From the NCBI GenBank assembly GCA_963819785.1, contig CAWFXW010000024.1, positions 87,559 through 151,558 on the forward strand: DNA of 64,000 nt, given 5' to 3'. The notes under the pieces are model-generated. The model made no database searches. It worked only from the letters and a program-made list of their open reading frames with translations, and was not told where the DNA came from. The position numbers were made by a program, and so were the translations under genes. Positions 61,828-64,000 of this stretch are shown piece after piece (the stretch's first letter is position 1; each line of letters opens with the position of its first letter). Source of the stretch: an uncultured Actinomycetes bacterium (GTDB lineage Bacteria > Actinomycetota > Actinomycetes > Streptosporangiales > Streptosporangiaceae).

Positions 61828-62931
61828 GTGAGCAGCACGCAGATGATCGACTGGGATCTCGCCATTTCCACCGGCACCCGCTGGGCCCGTCCCGGCCCGC
61901 AGGTCAGCCTGGCCGAGGCGCGGCGGACCGTCGCAGAGCTACGGGACCTGGCCGCCGACGTCCAGCAGCCGGTGTACGAGGTCACCGGACTGTCCGCCGC
62001 CGGGGACGGCTCGCTGGGCCGCATCGCGGTGGTGGACCGGCCCGGCTGGATCAGGGCCAACGTGGACGGCTTCCGCGTCGTCCTCGAGCCGCTGGTCGAT
62101 CAACTCCGGGAACGAGCGCCGGGCAATAACCAGTCCCGCGCCGGCGGGGTGATCAGCTCGGTGGGGTCGCGGGTAACCGGGATCCAGGCCGGCCTGATCC
62201 TGGCCTACCTGTCCGGCCGGGTACTCGGCCAGTACGAGCTGTTCCTGCCGCCGGAGACCTCTCCGGTAGACGGCCAGCAGCCAGGCCGCCTCACCCTCGT
62301 CGCGCCGAACATCGTCATGATCGAGCGCGAGCTCGGCGTCGATCCGCACGACTTCCGGCGCTGGGTCTGCCTGCACGAGGAGACCCACCGGCTCCAGTTC
62401 ACCGCGGTGCCGTGGCTGCGGGACTACGTGCAGAGCCAGATGACCGAGTTCCTCCTGGCCTCCGAGCTCGACCCGGCGGCCATGCTGCACCGGGTCCGGG
62501 CGGCGGCCGACGCGATGGCCGGCGCGGTCCGCGGCGGCGACGGCGGCAGCCTCATCGAGGCGGTGGTCACCCCGGCGCAGCGGGAGATCATGGACCGGCT
62601 GACCTCGGTCATGACCCTGGTCGAGGGGCACGGCGACTACGTGATGGACGCGGTCGGCCCGCAGGTGGTGCCCACGGTGGCTCAGATCAGGGAGAAGTTC
62701 AACTCCCGGCGCGGCTCGTCGGGCCGGATCGAGCAGACCCTGCGCCGCATGCTCGGCATCGACCTGAAGATGAAGCAGTACGCCGAGGGCTCCCGGTTCG
62801 TCCGCGAGGTCGTGGACAAGGCCGGCATGGCCACCTTCAACAAGGTGTGGACCTCCCCGGAGACGCTGCCGACCAAGGAAGAGTTCGCCGACCCGCAGCT
62901 GTGGCTGGATCGGGTCGGCAGCAATTCTTAA
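61828..62931 (+). CDS. Zinc-dependent metalloprotease (DUF2342 family)
   Basis: HEETHRLQF (HExxH) and its conserved actinobacterial position upstream of tilS-hpt. Confidence 0.85.
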   Translation: MSSTQMIDWDLAISTGTRWARPGPQVSLAEARRTVAELRDLAADVQQPVYEVTGLSAAGDGSLGRIAVVDRPGWIRANVDGFRVVLEPLVDQLRERAPGNNQSRAGGVISSVGSRVTGIQAGLILAYLSGRVLGQYELFLPPETSPVDGQQPGRLTLVAPNIVMIERELGVDPHDFRRWVCLHEETHRLQFTAVPWLRDYVQSQMTEFLLASELDPAAMLHRVRAAADAMAGAVRGGDGGSLIEAVVTPAQREIMDRLTSVMTLVEGHGDYVMDAVGPQVVPTVAQIREKFNSRRGSSGRIEQTLRRMLGIDLKMKQYAEGSRFVREVVDKAGMATFNKVWTSPETLPTKEEFADPQLWLDRVGSNS

Positions 62932-63934
62932 CCCCGCCGTCGCGGAGGTCCGCAACGCGGTACGGGACGCCCTAGCCGATCTGGCCCCGGGTGAGCTCGT
63001 CCTGGCCGCATGCTCCGGCGGGGCGGACTCGCTGGCGATGGCCGCGGCGCTGGCCTTCGTGGCGCCCCGGGCCAGCCTGCGCGGCGGCGCCGTGACCGTG
63101 GATCACGGGCTGCAGGAGGGTTCGGCCCAGCGCGCCGCCGACGTGGCCGCCATCATGACCGGGCTCGGCCTCGATCCGGTACTCAGCATCACGGTGGCGG
63201 TCACCCCGCAAGCCGGACCCGAGGCCGACGCCCGCGCGGCCCGCTACCAGGCTCTCGACCAGGCCGCCCAAGAGCTCCACGCCAAGGCCGTCCTGCTCGG
63301 GCACACCCTGGACGACCAGGCCGAGACCGTCCTGCTCGGGCTGGCCCGCGGCTCGGGAAGCCGGTCGCTGGCCGGGATGCCCGCCCGGCGCGGGCTCTAC
63401 CGCAGGCCCCTGCTCGCCCTGCGCCGCGCCAGCACCGCGGCCGCCTGCGCCGCACTCGGCCTCGAGCCCTGGCAGGACCCGCACAACCACGACTTCCGCT
63501 TCACCCGGGCCCGGGTCCGGCACCAGCTGATCCCCGCGCTCGAGCAGGCCCTCGGCCCCGGCGTGGCCGAGGCCCTGGCCCGGACCGCGAGCCAGCTGCG
63601 CGCCGACGCCGAATGCCTCGATGACCTCGCGTTCGCGGAAAGCGGACAGCTCCGCGGCGACTGCTCGGACCCGGCCGGCCTGGACGCCAGACATCTCAAC
63701 GACCTACCACGAGCGATCAGGACCCGGGTCCTGCGCGACGCCGCGATCATGGCGGGCTGCCCGGACGGCGCGCTGACCGCCGGGCATGTCGGGCGGATCG
63801 AGGAGCTGGTCACCGGCTGGCGCGGACAGCGCTGGGTCGACCTGCCGGGCGGGGTACGCGCCCGGCGCCAGCATGGCAAGGTGTGGTTCACCAGCAGCAC
63901 GGCCAGCACCGAACGCACCGGAAGAGGAAGCTGA
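62924..63934 (+). CDS. tilS: tRNA(Ile)-lysidine synthase; 5' end unresolved
   Basis: The PP-loop (LVLAACSGGADSLA, 62996-63037) is in frame but upstream of the first ATG/GTG/TTG (63038). The frame is open back to about 62921. Confidence 0.8.
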   Translation: MLNPAVAEVRNAVRDALADLAPGELVLAACSGGADSLAMAAALAFVAPRASLRGGAVTVDHGLQEGSAQRAADVAAIMTGLGLDPVLSITVAVTPQAGPEADARAARYQALDQAAQELHAKAVLLGHTLDDQAETVLLGLARGSGSRSLAGMPARRGLYRRPLLALRRASTAAACAALGLEPWQDPHNHDFRFTRARVRHQLIPALEQALGPGVAEALARTASQLRADAECLDDLAFAESGQLRGDCSDPAGLDARHLNDLPRAIRTRVLRDAAIMAGCPDGALTAGHVGRIEELVTGWRGQRWVDLPGGVRARRQHGKVWFTSSTASTERTGRGS

Positions 63935-63935
63935 T

Positions 63936-64000
63936 TTGGACGAACGGGACGTGGGATCTGCCCTCAAGGAGGTCCTCATCACCGCTGACCAGCTCCAGGC
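63936..64000 (+). CDS. hpt: Hypoxanthine phosphoribosyltransferase, 5' end only
   Basis: The TTG start gives LDERDVGSALKEVLITADQLQ, a typical actinobacterial Hpt N-terminus located after tilS. Truncated by the window edge. Confidence 0.6.
   Translation, partial: MDERDVGSALKEVLITADQLQ

Overview
This is a high-GC actinomycete chromosome segment whose gene content resembles Streptosporangiales or Streptomyces. Most of it is core genome. It carries a GAF kinase/LuxR pair, ABC exporters, and a KdpDE-like pair next to two APC-permease/OB-fold fusion paralogues that flank a MOSC gene. It also carries murA-purB-ltrA-purD-purA, DUF3151-fba, pyrE, an NYN-domain protein, and the dnaK-grpE-dnaJ-hspR-clpB heat-shock block with HAIR-like operators. 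Further along are an HdrD-like Fe-S reductase, dcd/tRNA-Gly(CCC), ppa, dacB, a Zn-metalloprotease, tilS and hpt. A visibly AT-richer accessory stretch (about 46.3-58.8 kb) holds three things: two tandem WhiJ/BldB-like modules (XRE-DUF5753 + DUF397), a 1.3-kb toxin-antitoxin islet bracketed by a perfect 42-bp duplication of the tRNA-Gly 3' half with no integrase, and a decayed island full of gene fragments (integrase, PAS, GNAT, PIN). The most pervasive signal is that at least 10 conserved genes need frame corrections. These include pyrE and grpE, so assembly indels are likely. An AfsR/SARP regulator and one APC paralogue carry several shifts each and may be genuinely dead. Many short tandem repeats sit in protein linkers and intergenic regions. 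No rRNA, CRISPR array or intact mobile element was seen.
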